The notes below the pieces were generated by a model that saw only the letters and a program-made list of their open reading frames with translations, did no database searches and had not been told where the DNA came from. From positions 32,001 through 96,000 of the forward strand of contig OZ223521.1 in assembly GCA_965140785.1 (NCBI GenBank): DNA of 64,000 nucleotides. Reading direction: 5' to 3'. The DNA comes from an uncultured Ruficoccus sp. Its GTDB lineage: Bacteria > Verrucomicrobiota > Verrucomicrobiia > Opitutales > Cerasicoccaceae. Shown here piece by piece: positions 38,913 through 48,572 of this stretch. Position numbers and translations under genes: made by a program. Numbering within the stretch: the stretch's first letter is position 1; each line of letters begins with the position of its first letter.

Positions 38913-40051
38913 ATGTGTGTATCCAAAATATCATGACAATTGGGCCCCGCGTTCTTGCCCGCTGGCGTGGCCTACTCGCTTGCCTTGCGCTTTCAGGACT
39001 GGTGCAGACTCCGTGTGGAGCGGGGCCGCTGGCGCCCGGCGTGACTTTGGCCGGCTCATTCCCGAGCGCGACCGGCGCCGAGCCTGTGCGGATGAAGGTG
39101 TACAATCAGGGCGCGTGGAAGGACTACAATATTCGCGCCTCGGAGGAGGGGATGGAAATCCTCATCGACGGTAACAGCGACGTGGCGATTTTTTACCCCT
39201 GGGAGGGGTTGGTCAGCATGCAGTTGAACTATGACCTGAGCGAGGAGCTGAGCGCCGCCCTCGCCACCACCGACCCGGACGCAAAGGCCCGCGCGCTGGC
39301 GCCGCTGGTCGAGCCGCTGTTCCCCTTCGCCCGGCTCCCCGAGACATCGACCAATGTTCACCACTACATCGAGGTTTACCTGGAGTCGCTGCTGGCCAGC
39401 GGTGAGATCGGCCCGGCCTTCACGGCGACCCGGACACTGCCGCTCAAGCAGCTCCCCCCGTTCGTCGCCACAAAGCTCTACGACCTGGTAGAGGCACTCT
39501 TTGCCGCCGGGGAGGAAGACAAAGCGCTCGACCTGTTGGCCCGCCTGCGCGCCAACCGCCCGGCGGAGGAATTCGCCGCCACTTCGCTGCGCCTGGCCAA
39601 GCAACTGGCCGACAAACGTCATTTCTCCGCGTCGCTGGGGCTCTACCGCACGCTCCTGCCGGTCGCTCCGCAGAGCGAACGCAAGGAGATCGCCCTGCGT
39701 TGTGCCTACCTCGCTCTGGAGGTGAACGACCTGTCCGCCTACGAGCTTTTCCGCGAGCTGGCACAGGAATTTCCCGGCGAGGACGAGGCGCTGGAGAGTG
39801 TCGCCGCTATCGTGGACGGCGTCCACGCCTATCAGGAGGAAGACACTCGCTCTGCGCTCAACGCGCTCGGCCACGGGCTGGCGACGATCCCGGCGGACAG
39901 CTCGTGGCGCGAGATTGCCTTTTACTACAACTGCCTCGCCTACCGCCAGCGGGGCGACGACGCCATTGCCGAGAGTATTCTTGAGGAGATGCCGCTGCTT
40001 TTCCCTGACGGGACCTACGTGGCTCACCTTCTCGACACGTCCACCCCCTGA
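38909..40051 (+). CDS. Second TPR-like exported protein
   Basis: ATGA overlap with the upstream stop; helical repeats; C-terminal LLFPDGTY. Confidence 0.7.
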   Translation: MNVCIQNIMTIGPRVLARWRGLLACLALSGLVQTPCGAGPLAPGVTLAGSFPSATGAEPVRMKVYNQGAWKDYNIRASEEGMEILIDGNSDVAIFYPWEGLVSMQLNYDLSEELSAALATTDPDAKARALAPLVEPLFPFARLPETSTNVHHYIEVYLESLLASGEIGPAFTATRTLPLKQLPPFVATKLYDLVEALFAAGEEDKALDLLARLRANRPAEEFAATSLRLAKQLADKRHFSASLGLYRTLLPVAPQSERKEIALRCAYLALEVNDLSAYELFRELAQEFPGEDEALESVAAIVDGVHAYQEEDTRSALNALGHGLATIPADSSWREIAFYYNCLAYRQRGDDAIAESILEEMPLLFPDGTYVAHLLDTSTP

Positions 40052-40102
40052 GCGGGCCGGATCCCTCAAAAAACAAACCCCATTACCCAACCACCGTCAG
40101 TT

Positions 40103-40870
40103 ATGAAAACATCATCCAACCCTATACCGTCCCTGCGCAAGCTCCTGTGGCTATGCCTGTTCGGCCTGGCCGCCAGTTGTGCCCTCGGGCAGACCGAGGC
40201 CCCCGCCGCCGAGGAGCCCGTCGTCGAAACGAGTGAAACCAGCTTCCTGCACATGATCGCGGCGGGCGGCTGGGCCATGTACCCGCTGGGCTTCCTCTCC
40301 GTGGCCGGTTTCGGCCTCGTGTGCTATAACTTCATGGCCCTGCGTAAAAAGGACTTCTTCGACGAGGCGTCGGCGGAGCGGCTGCGCGGGCACCTGAGCA
40401 CGGTCGATATCGATGCGGCGAAGGAAGACTGCGCCACCAACCCGAATCCGCTCATGCGCATCGTCAGCCACGGGCTCGACTCCATCCGCGGCGGCACCAT
40501 CGACCTGGAGCTCTTCCGCCAGCGGCTTGAGGCGGGCTCCAGCAAGGAGCTGGCCCAGCCCTTCGTGATCATCAACTACCTTTCGATCATCGCGTCGATT
40601 TCGCCCATGCTCGGCCTGCTCGGCACCGTCTCGGGGATGGTCAAGGCCTTTAACGCCATCGCCACCGTCGGCATGGGTCAGCCGGACCTGCTCGCCGGTA
40701 ACATCTCCGAGGCGCTGATCACGACCGCGACCGGGATGCTCATCGGGATCCCGACCATGTTCTTCTTCTTTTACTTCAAAAACCGCTACGGGAAGATCGT
40801 CGCGGACATGACGATGTACCTCGACGACATGTACGGCGAACTCGTCCACGGCACCCGCCAGATGTCCTGA
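40103..40870 (+). CDS. MotA/TolQ/ExbB proton channel
   Basis: SPMLGLLGTVSGMVKAF, ISEALITTATG. Confidence 0.93.
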   Translation: MKTSSNPIPSLRKLLWLCLFGLAASCALGQTEAPAAEEPVVETSETSFLHMIAAGGWAMYPLGFLSVAGFGLVCYNFMALRKKDFFDEASAERLRGHLSTVDIDAAKEDCATNPNPLMRIVSHGLDSIRGGTIDLELFRQRLEAGSSKELAQPFVIINYLSIIASISPMLGLLGTVSGMVKAFNAIATVGMGQPDLLAGNISEALITTATGMLIGIPTMFFFFYFKNRYGKIVADMTMYLDDMYGELVHGTRQMS

Positions 40871-40904
40871 GACGAACACCTGTAACCCTCACGCACGCGA
40901 GCTC

Positions 40905-41318
40905 ATGAGCATCCAAGGTTACAAACTCCCCGAGGACAGCGGAGGCTTCGACCTGACGCCGATGATCGACGTGGTGTTTCTGTTGATCGTGTTCTTCATG
41001 ACGGTGGCGAGCATGATTACGGAGAAAAAGGAGCTCAACCTCGCGGTGGCCGACGAGGCCGTCGTCCCCAAGGAAATCAGCGACCGCTTCATCTTCTCCA
41101 TCGACCCGGAGGGGAGCTTTTACGTGCAGAACCAGTTGATCGACGCGGACGAGGCGGCCCGCCGCCTGAAGCAGATCGCGGCCACACACCGGCACGCGAA
41201 ACTGGTCGTGCGCGTGGACCGCATGACCGAGCACCAGTATGTCAACCAGTTCCTGGGCATGTGCGCCGACAACGGCATCTCCGACATCATCTTCGCGACT
41301 TACCAGACCGACCTGTAG
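40905..41318 (+). CDS. ExbD/TolR family protein
   Basis: DLTPMIDVVFLLIVFFM. Confidence 0.92.
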   Translation: MSIQGYKLPEDSGGFDLTPMIDVVFLLIVFFMTVASMITEKKELNLAVADEAVVPKEISDRFIFSIDPEGSFYVQNQLIDADEAARRLKQIAATHRHAKLVVRVDRMTEHQYVNQFLGMCADNGISDIIFATYQTDL

Positions 41319-41327
41319 GGAGGCACC

Positions 41328-41762
41328 ATGAAGGCCAACGACATTTTTAACAGTATGGAAAAACCGGACCTGACGCCGATGATCGACGTCGTGTTCCTCC
41401 TGCTGGTCTTTTTCATGGTGACGACGCAGCTCGTCAAACAGGAAGCCGACTTGGGCATCCAGCTCCCCTCCAAGGCTGTTCCCAAGGCCGCACCGGAGCT
41501 GCCCTCCAAGCACATCATCGACATCATGCCAGATGGCTCCGTCATGATCAATGGCGGCCCCACCGGAGACGGCGTGACCGGCGAGTTGCCCGGCCTCACG
41601 CACATGCTGGCCGCCCTGAAGGCTTCCGCCGACCGCCTCGGCAAGAAAACCGTCGTCACCATCCAGGCCGACCCGTACTCGCCGCACTACCGCTCCGTCG
41701 ATGTGCTCAACGCCTGCGCTCACGCCCACCTCAGCTACGTTTCCTTCGGTCGGCTCGACTGA
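41328..41762 (+). CDS. ExbD/TolR family protein (second copy)
   Basis: DLTPMIDVVFLLLVFFMV, IQAD. Confidence 0.92.
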   Translation: MKANDIFNSMEKPDLTPMIDVVFLLLVFFMVTTQLVKQEADLGIQLPSKAVPKAAPELPSKHIIDIMPDGSVMINGGPTGDGVTGELPGLTHMLAALKASADRLGKKTVVTIQADPYSPHYRSVDVLNACAHAHLSYVSFGRLD

Positions 41763-41787
41763 CCCCGTCAACCCCCCCGCGCCAGCC

Positions 41788-42903
41788 ATGTCCCAGCCCC
41801 TCGACTCTTCCGAACTCGGCCACCCCTTTCGCAACAAAAGACGGCGCAAGGTGCTCTTGATCGTGGTCGTCGCCAGTGTCACCGTGCACGTGCTCGGCCT
41901 CCTTGTTTTCGGCGTGATCACGATCGTGGAAACGATCAGCAAGCCGCCCCCGGAGTTCGAGTCCGTGGTGGAAGTCGTGGAGGAGGCACCGCCCCCGCCG
42001 CCTCCGCCGCCCACGCAGCGCACGACCCAGCGCAGCATGCCCAGGCCGCAGCCGATGGCGGTCCAGAACGCGCTCAACCTGAGCATCCCCGCCATTGAGA
42101 TCGACACGGCAAACATGGTCATGGGACTGACCGGGCACGGCTCAGGCGGCGGCTTTGGCAGCATGGACAGCGGCGCGCTGGAATCGATCCGGCTGACGGC
42201 ATTCGGGTTCGACCAGTACATCGCGGGCACCCTGGAGGGGAATCTCTACGACCTTAAGCAGGCCCCGGACGGAAGCCCCATCGATCAGAGCAAGGACGAG
42301 GTCGTCGATATCCTCAAGCAGTTCACGCGCTCGTCGTGGTCCACCGCTTCCTTTGACAAGAAATACTTCCGCGCCGACAAATCGCTCTATTCGGCCTACT
42401 TCATCATCCCCTACATGGATGCGGCGATGGCGCCCGACGCGTTCGGGGCTGCCGACCAGATCGAGCCCAAAATGATTGCCGCGGTCTATCGGGGGACGTT
42501 CATCCCGCAGAAGTCCGGCAAGTTCCGCTTTTACGGACGCGGGGACGATGTGCTGGTGGTCCGGCTTAACAACCACATTGTGCTCGATGCCTCGTGGGAC
42601 CTTGGAAAGTACTCCGAGTGGAAGTCTTCCGCGCCCAAAGGCGAGAACGAAGGCAAGCCGCAGTTCGGCTTCCGCGAAGGCCATCCGGGCATCTACGGAG
42701 ACTGGTTTACGCTGCGCGAGGGGCAGGAGGTGAGCCTTGAAGTCCTTCTAAGTGAGGTGCCCGGCGGTCGTTTCGGCGCCTGGTTGCTGCTGGACGAAAA
42801 AGGCAGTGAAGAGAAGCCTACGATCTTTACCACCCGCCCGCTCAGTGACCAGGACCGCGAACACCTGAGCGGCATCCACCCCGACGCCCAGAAGTTTCTT
42901 TGA
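41788..42903 (+). CDS. TonB-like anchored protein (TM plus poly-Pro) with a PA14-like C-domain
   Basis: RNKRRRK then a TM with SxxxH (SVTVH), P8 tract, YRGTFIPQKSGKFRFYGRGDDVLVVRLN. Confidence 0.65.
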   Translation: MSQPLDSSELGHPFRNKRRRKVLLIVVVASVTVHVLGLLVFGVITIVETISKPPPEFESVVEVVEEAPPPPPPPPTQRTTQRSMPRPQPMAVQNALNLSIPAIEIDTANMVMGLTGHGSGGGFGSMDSGALESIRLTAFGFDQYIAGTLEGNLYDLKQAPDGSPIDQSKDEVVDILKQFTRSSWSTASFDKKYFRADKSLYSAYFIIPYMDAAMAPDAFGAADQIEPKMIAAVYRGTFIPQKSGKFRFYGRGDDVLVVRLNNHIVLDASWDLGKYSEWKSSAPKGENEGKPQFGFREGHPGIYGDWFTLREGQEVSLEVLLSEVPGGRFGAWLLLDEKGSEEKPTIFTTRPLSDQDREHLSGIHPDAQKFL

Positions 42904-43188
42904 GCCGGTGTCTCTCTCGCGACGACTAATAGATGGTGATGCTGGGGTTGCAAGCGAGAGCCCCTTCGGAGGAATTTACGCAGTTCGGAGACCCTTACCG
43001 TTTTCGGGTTGGGACTCGAGGTTTCTGGCGAAAAAAGGGTGATATGATTGATTAAGGCCAGCTTTTCTACGATCCTCCAAGATGCTTTCAATCCGTATGA
43101 TTGTGCTGCTGATTGAAAAGATGAAGGGTGCATGGACAGAATAAATCAAAGGCACTTGGTGTGGCGATTATATCAGCAATGACAGCGA

Positions 43189-43902
43189 TCAAGGTCCCGG
43201 CGCTGGCTCCATCACATTGCGTATGCTCAGTCCCTTGGGGTTCGGAAACTCGATGGACGCCTCTTCGTCGATGATGACAATTGTCGAACGCATGTCTGAC
43301 AGCGTGACCAGCGGCTTGCTGACAGATAGTTTCCACTCGCCGTCCTTTTCCGATGCGACCTGCAGCCAAGTCTGGTTCTGGCCGGAATAGCGGTAGAGCG
43401 CGGATTGCCGCGGGACGATTTCGAGAACCTCATTCCCGACTTTTGCGGCGATGGGCTGACGGGTAAAATTAAAAACTCTCATTGTTCCTATCGGATGCTC
43501 CGTCCAGTTATCGGAAACCGCCCACACCTCTACGGGGCGGGATGAGATGGTCGTTTCCTTCAGAAAGATGAGATAGGGGCCCTTGTCGGGCAGACCGACT
43601 TTAGCCAACGGCAATTGTTTCGGTGCGCTGTCCACGCCATTTTCGGCGGGAACAAGGCGGTAGAAGGTAACGGGTTGCCCCGCTACGAGAGGATACGATT
43701 TGGACAAGGCAGAAACGCCGACCGTAAGCTCGACCGGCTCACCGAGATGATCATAGTACAGATTTTTCAGCCCCCCGCCCAGAGACAGTGCGCGAAAAGC
43801 GGACAGTTCCTTTGGCTGCCCATGCGCGACGAGACAGGATAGAGACAGGCAGGCGCATGCCCACCCAAGACTGATACTCAAATTTCGCTGGAAGAAAGCC
43901 AT
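43189..43902 (-). CDS. Exported partner protein of PilX-like protein 2
   Basis: Start reassigned to MAFFQRNL by analogy with MALFRRNL; paralog of 28402..29142. Confidence 0.8.
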   Translation of the reverse strand: MAFFQRNLSISLGWACACLSLSCLVAHGQPKELSAFRALSLGGGLKNLYYDHLGEPVELTVGVSALSKSYPLVAGQPVTFYRLVPAENGVDSAPKQLPLAKVGLPDKGPYLIFLKETTISSRPVEVWAVSDNWTEHPIGTMRVFNFTRQPIAAKVGNEVLEIVPRQSALYRYSGQNQTWLQVASEKDGEWKLSVSKPLVTLSDMRSTIVIIDEEASIEFPNPKGLSIRNVMEPAPGP

Positions 43903-46900
43903 TTGAAAGCAACAATTTTGAATTTCCGGCCAAACGCCCGGTTGATCGCGTTCAGGTCCTCGGGCAGATCGTCGGGCTCGTTTGCAGGGTCGAGATAATC
44001 GACCTGACGCTGCACAACCGCTTCGCACCAGGCCCGCGCTATCGTCACGCCGCTAAGGGGGTCCATCACTTCTCCGAAACAGCGAATACGGAACGTATCG
44101 GAGCGCGCGCTCAAGTTCGCGCCAATTGCGGAGAGGACATCCGCCTGGGTGAGATACTGAGGTGCAAAGGCGGAAAGGGAACCAGCCGCATTGTCAGCCG
44201 AATCCGGCCCCGCGTAGCCGCGCATCAGCTCAAGGTCGGAATCGTTCCCTGCGTAGTGGGGCATCGGGTCGCAATGGAAGGGATTGCTGATGGCGTTTCC
44301 AAACGCATTCGCCGATCCGTCATTCACGGCGGCCGAACCGCTGTGGGTGGAGTCGATGGCGGCTTGGATCGTCCCTTTGAAGCGCTCATCTTGCGCCGTC
44401 TGGGGATTGTCCACGAGGCGGCGGTTGATGAAGTCGCCCAAGGACACAAACGGGCCGCGGGCGCGGATCTCCGTCACGATGTTTGCGGCCAGTTGAGCGA
44501 TCTGTTCTTCACTTAATTGACGGAACCCCTGCCAGGCCCAGGCCTGGGTGTCGTCCACGGGAGGATTTTGGGTTGGTTTGCTGAATCGGGACAGGGCGGA
44601 CTGAAGGGAGGTCCCCGATGCAGCCCCAGTAACCGGGTTATAGGACAGTTGATTGCATCCGCCCAGGACCGCGCGCCAGGCTTGTTCAGAGGTCGAGTTG
44701 ACGTTGAATCCTCCGCGCAGCGCGAGCCCAGCCGCCGCCCTGTTCGCATCGCGCAAGACTTCGTCGTCAGCGTTCGCATTCTTCTCCAGGCGGGGATTGG
44801 GCAGGGGGGTGGGGATGGGGCTGCCGTTCGTATCGGTCGTCGTTCCGGTGCCTTGATGTGGGATGGTGGAAACGAAGTAATGATCCCACAGCGCCCGATT
44901 GAGCAGCCAGGAGACATCGTAGTAGTAGCCGATCTGATTCGATGGGTCCGAGCCCAGGGCCAGTTGCTTCGCCAAGTCACCCCGTCGGTTGAGGAAATGG
45001 AAGTCGCCCAGACTATTCCCAATCGGATAGGCCGGATAATCGTTGAGCCTTGATAAGTTCGCATGCTGAAGCTGGCCCAGGCTCAGTAGCGGCTGGTCGG
45101 AGGGGCGAAATTCAAACAGCGTGGCATTCACGATGCCACCGGACGAATCCAGGCCCGTTCCGCTGGAGGCTCGGAGCCCACTGGTTTCCGCATTGAAATC
45201 AGGATCCCGATGGTCCATCCCGCCGCGGGCAGTGAGGTTAGAGGGGCTGTGGTTGGTGTTGATACGTGTGGCGTAAAGGGCCCGGGGATTGCCTTGCGCA
45301 AGCCAGCGCACATCCGGGTAGTCATCCGAGTTCATGCCCTTGGAGAAATTCCTCTGGATCATGATCGCCGACGTGGGTCCGGTCACGAAACTTAACTGCG
45401 CGGGCATTTGGAGAAACTCGTTGCGAAGCTTGCCACCCACAGAGACCAGATTCGTGCCGCCGTCCTGGGCAGGCGTGGCCTGTGAAACTGCCTGATACCA
45501 GTGCTTGTCGTTATCGTCGCTGGTTATGTACCCGCGGCGAACATAATCGGCGACCTCGCCCAGATAAGCGTAAAGCTCGCCGCCCGACATGTTCGGCTCG
45601 GTCAATGGCGGCAGCCAATAAGCAGGACTGACCCGGAAGAAGTTGTCGGACTCCCCGGCGCCGATCACCGTCTGGTTCACACCGAAGTCCAGCAGGACAT
45701 GCCCATACGCGTTCAGGCCGTGGGTCAAAACATTCTGCGGCTCGCCGTCCTCGGGCGCACGATAGCTGACCCCGCTTTCGGCCCCCTGCAAGCTGAAGAT
45801 CAGACTCGCTCCCGGCGGAATGATCGGGGAGTCCACGATGAAGCGCACATAACTGTCACTTTTTCCATCTCCGTACTGATGAGCCCCCCGGGAGAAATCG
45901 ACCGTCTCCTTGGCGGACCACTGGCCGGTGTCATCCTGGACCTGCAACTGAAAACCGCCGCGATAGCGCTGCATGATCCCCACCTCATAGCGGTTCGCGG
46001 TAAGGGGAACCGTGTAGGGATTCCAGAGGATGACCACCGGAAACATGGCCAGCCGGATCGGGGCGCCGTCATAGGCCCCATGCGGGGCCGCATACTGCAG
46101 GCCAAGATAAAGGCAAGTCATGACCGGAGCGATGCCGGTATCCGTCGAGGTAGGCAGACGGGGACTCAGGCTGCCCGCCGGCGCGGTCGTCCGCGCGAAT
46201 GCCCGCAGCGCCCCCCAGGTCGGAACGCCGAAACGGTCACGGTCCGTGGTGCCCTCAGGTTCGAATAACGTCTCCGTGTCAAGCGGGTGGGTCGAGCCGG
46301 TGGCCAGGATCGCGGAAAGATCTTGTTTGAGCCCGCCGGCATAGGTATCCGAAAGCACAGAATAGGAACTGGCGGTCAAGTCATGGAAACGCCATTTGAG
46401 TGTCTCCCGCATGGCCGCGCCATCATCCGCCAGTATCGACATGGCGCTCAAATGGGACACCTCATCGAGAGCGCCGATTTGAGGATCATAATTCGCCCCG
46501 ATCAACCCGCCTGGAGAAAAGGCGTTTGTCGCTCCCCGGTTGACCAGTTCCACCGCATTACGGCGGGCCAGGACGAAAGCCTCGGGAAGCTCTCCGGTCG
46601 GAGCCATCGGGAGGGTGACGTTCGCCTTGGCCCCTTCGTCACCGATCCACCAGGCGTAGCGTCCCACGAAGCCATCCTGCCCGTCGCCCGGGATCGCCAC
46701 CAGCGGCGCCGCCACGTAGTCGATGGCTGATGCGGCGGAATGCTCCGCCACCAGCAGCACCTGGCTATCGTCCGCGGCTGGTTGGACGGACGCCTGTGCG
46801 AGATCAACCGGGCTGGTCGGAGTGAAACGCCAACCGTGGGGCGCGTTGCGGATGTGCCCGTCGTTGTCCACATCGTCGGCTGGAGTGAAGGAGACGTCCT

Positions 46901-47369
46901 CATTTCCGCTGACCAGCCAGGTGAGGAGGACCGCCTGCGAGCCCCTGGCATCCGAATGGGCGGTCACGTCTCCGGCCAGGGAAACTGGGGTCTGGCCGTA
47001 GTCGACCGGGGCGCCATTGCCGTACACCCCGATCCAGTGTCCGTTCGCGCTGGTGCTATCCACCAGGGCCGGGTCCATGTCCGCCCGCGCTGTGGTTCGC
47101 TGATCGGGGCCGGCGTATTTTTGTAATTGCCCGAGGGCGATATTCAAGGCCATGAGCGCGTTCTGGCGGGCCGTCACGGTTTGCGTGCTGGTTGAGAACA
47201 CCCGGGTCTCAATCTGGGTCATGCTGGACAGCGTCAGCAACAGGGTCAGAAGAAAAGCCATCAGGACGATGGCTATGACCAGTGCGAAGCCCCCCCGGCT
47301 GCGTATGCGGAGGGAATCTGCATGCACCGCCGGAGCAGCGGATGGGCGGGAGTCATTGAGGGGTATCAT
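43878..47369 (-). CDS. Giant PilX/GspK-like protein 2 (1163 aa)
   Basis: RGG|FALVIAIVLM; same conserved blocks as 29118..32690. Confidence 0.8.
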   Translation of the reverse strand: MIPLNDSRPSAAPAVHADSLRIRSRGGFALVIAIVLMAFLLTLLLTLSSMTQIETRVFSTSTQTVTARQNALMALNIALGQLQKYAGPDQRTTARADMDPALVDSTSANGHWIGVYGNGAPVDYGQTPVSLAGDVTAHSDARGSQAVLLTWLVSGNEDVSFTPADDVDNDGHIRNAPHGWRFTPTSPVDLAQASVQPAADDSQVLLVAEHSAASAIDYVAAPLVAIPGDGQDGFVGRYAWWIGDEGAKANVTLPMAPTGELPEAFVLARRNAVELVNRGATNAFSPGGLIGANYDPQIGALDEVSHLSAMSILADDGAAMRETLKWRFHDLTASSYSVLSDTYAGGLKQDLSAILATGSTHPLDTETLFEPEGTTDRDRFGVPTWGALRAFARTTAPAGSLSPRLPTSTDTGIAPVMTCLYLGLQYAAPHGAYDGAPIRLAMFPVVILWNPYTVPLTANRYEVGIMQRYRGGFQLQVQDDTGQWSAKETVDFSRGAHQYGDGKSDSYVRFIVDSPIIPPGASLIFSLQGAESGVSYRAPEDGEPQNVLTHGLNAYGHVLLDFGVNQTVIGAGESDNFFRVSPAYWLPPLTEPNMSGGELYAYLGEVADYVRRGYITSDDNDKHWYQAVSQATPAQDGGTNLVSVGGKLRNEFLQMPAQLSFVTGPTSAIMIQRNFSKGMNSDDYPDVRWLAQGNPRALYATRINTNHSPSNLTARGGMDHRDPDFNAETSGLRASSGTGLDSSGGIVNATLFEFRPSDQPLLSLGQLQHANLSRLNDYPAYPIGNSLGDFHFLNRRGDLAKQLALGSDPSNQIGYYYDVSWLLNRALWDHYFVSTIPHQGTGTTTDTNGSPIPTPLPNPRLEKNANADDEVLRDANRAAAGLALRGGFNVNSTSEQAWRAVLGGCNQLSYNPVTGAASGTSLQSALSRFSKPTQNPPVDDTQAWAWQGFRQLSEEQIAQLAANIVTEIRARGPFVSLGDFINRRLVDNPQTAQDERFKGTIQAAIDSTHSGSAAVNDGSANAFGNAISNPFHCDPMPHYAGNDSDLELMRGYAGPDSADNAAGSLSAFAPQYLTQADVLSAIGANLSARSDTFRIRCFGEVMDPLSGVTIARAWCEAVVQRQVDYLDPANEPDDLPEDLNAINRAFGRKFKIVAFKWLSSSEI

Positions 47370-47551
47370 AATAAAGCGGATGGGGTATTATCTCGGCGGG
47401 GGGCTATCGCCAGGTCGGTGAGAAATGCCGACATCCGGGGCTGTCGCCATTCTCTTCGCTGATTGGCAGGGGGACACCCTCCAGCCGAGCGGCATGGAAG
47501 GCTACTGTCAGCCGAAAATGTACAGGTGTCTTCATCTTGTCATTGAGTGGG

Positions 47552-48535
47552 TTACCAGCCTTTTTGGCAGGCCATGACCAGCTCACGCATAGAGCCGGTC
47601 GCCAAGCATATTTTATCATCGGTGGCGCCATAGTAGAGGCTTAATCGGTCTTCGTCCCAGTCACCGATCGCTCCGCAGGGGAAGACCACATTATCGCAGT
47701 TGCCATTGCGTTCATAGGGTTCCTTCGGGGCCAAGATCCAACTGTTCGTTTTTCCGATGATCTTCCATGGCTCCTCCAGGTCCAGCAGCAAGGCGCCGAT
47801 GTAATAATAGGTGCCCCCGGCAGGCGTGAAGACGCCGTGTATGATTTCGAGCCAGCCTTCGGGGGTCCAGATCGGCGGCGTCGGGCCGACTTTCTGGGTA
47901 TTCCAATAGCGGTATCCGGCAGCCAGCAACGGCTGAAAGTTCCCCCAGTGGATCAGGTCCGGCGACGAGCTGATCCAGATATCGCCCGTGCTGCCATCCC
48001 CGCCGCCAGGGCGGTCGAGTTTCCAGTACTTCCCGTTGATCTTCGCCGGGAACAGGGAAGCCCCCCGGTTCATCGGCTGCGTGATGATGGCGATGCGCTC
48101 GTAATCAGTGAAATCGCTCGTCCGCCCAAGCATGCCGACCGGTGAGGCGAACCCGCGCACCATCACCGGCGTCACCACATAGTACACGTCATCGATGCGT
48201 GTCACCCGGTTGTCGATGAAATGATGATACAAGTCCCAGGGCCATCCCGTCGCCTGCGGATCGATGAAGTTCTCGGTCCCAAGCTCGAAATGGATGCCAT
48301 CGTGGCTGCGGGCAATGCGGGTCTGCCCCACGTCACGCCCATACCCCCGGGTGGCGGCGTGCTCGACCACGGAAACGAGCAGGATCGTTTCATCGCCGAA
48401 CCGGACTGGCGAGGGGTTGTAGAGTTGAGCCACGCCGGGGTAGTCTTCCAGGCGCAGCACAGGATTGTCGCTGTGGCGTTTGAGGATGCCCGTCGCATCG
48501 CGTTTCGTCGAATAGGATGAATGTTGATTAATCAT
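47552..48535 (-). CDS. GH130 mannoside phosphorylase/mannosidase family
   Basis: NPVL, YNPSPV, DNRVT, LFPAKING, SPDLIHWG, GWLEIIHGV, NVVFPCG, YYGATD. Confidence 0.88.
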   Translation of the reverse strand: MINQHSSYSTKRDATGILKRHSDNPVLRLEDYPGVAQLYNPSPVRFGDETILLVSVVEHAATRGYGRDVGQTRIARSHDGIHFELGTENFIDPQATGWPWDLYHHFIDNRVTRIDDVYYVVTPVMVRGFASPVGMLGRTSDFTDYERIAIITQPMNRGASLFPAKINGKYWKLDRPGGGDGSTGDIWISSSPDLIHWGNFQPLLAAGYRYWNTQKVGPTPPIWTPEGWLEIIHGVFTPAGGTYYYIGALLLDLEEPWKIIGKTNSWILAPKEPYERNGNCDNVVFPCGAIGDWDEDRLSLYYGATDDKICLATGSMRELVMACQKGW

Positions 48536-48572
48536 AGCGAGTGTCGGAGGGAAAGAAGGTAGCGTCGAAGGA

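Noticed and set aside
40103..41762. Tol-Pal or flagellar MotAB
   Set aside because: No tolB/pal and no OmpA-like MotB domain; two ExbD genes in a TPR context.
42930..43180. Possible small gene in the AT-richer spacer
   Set aside because: No recognisable motif, and the ORF overlaps a real gene antisense.
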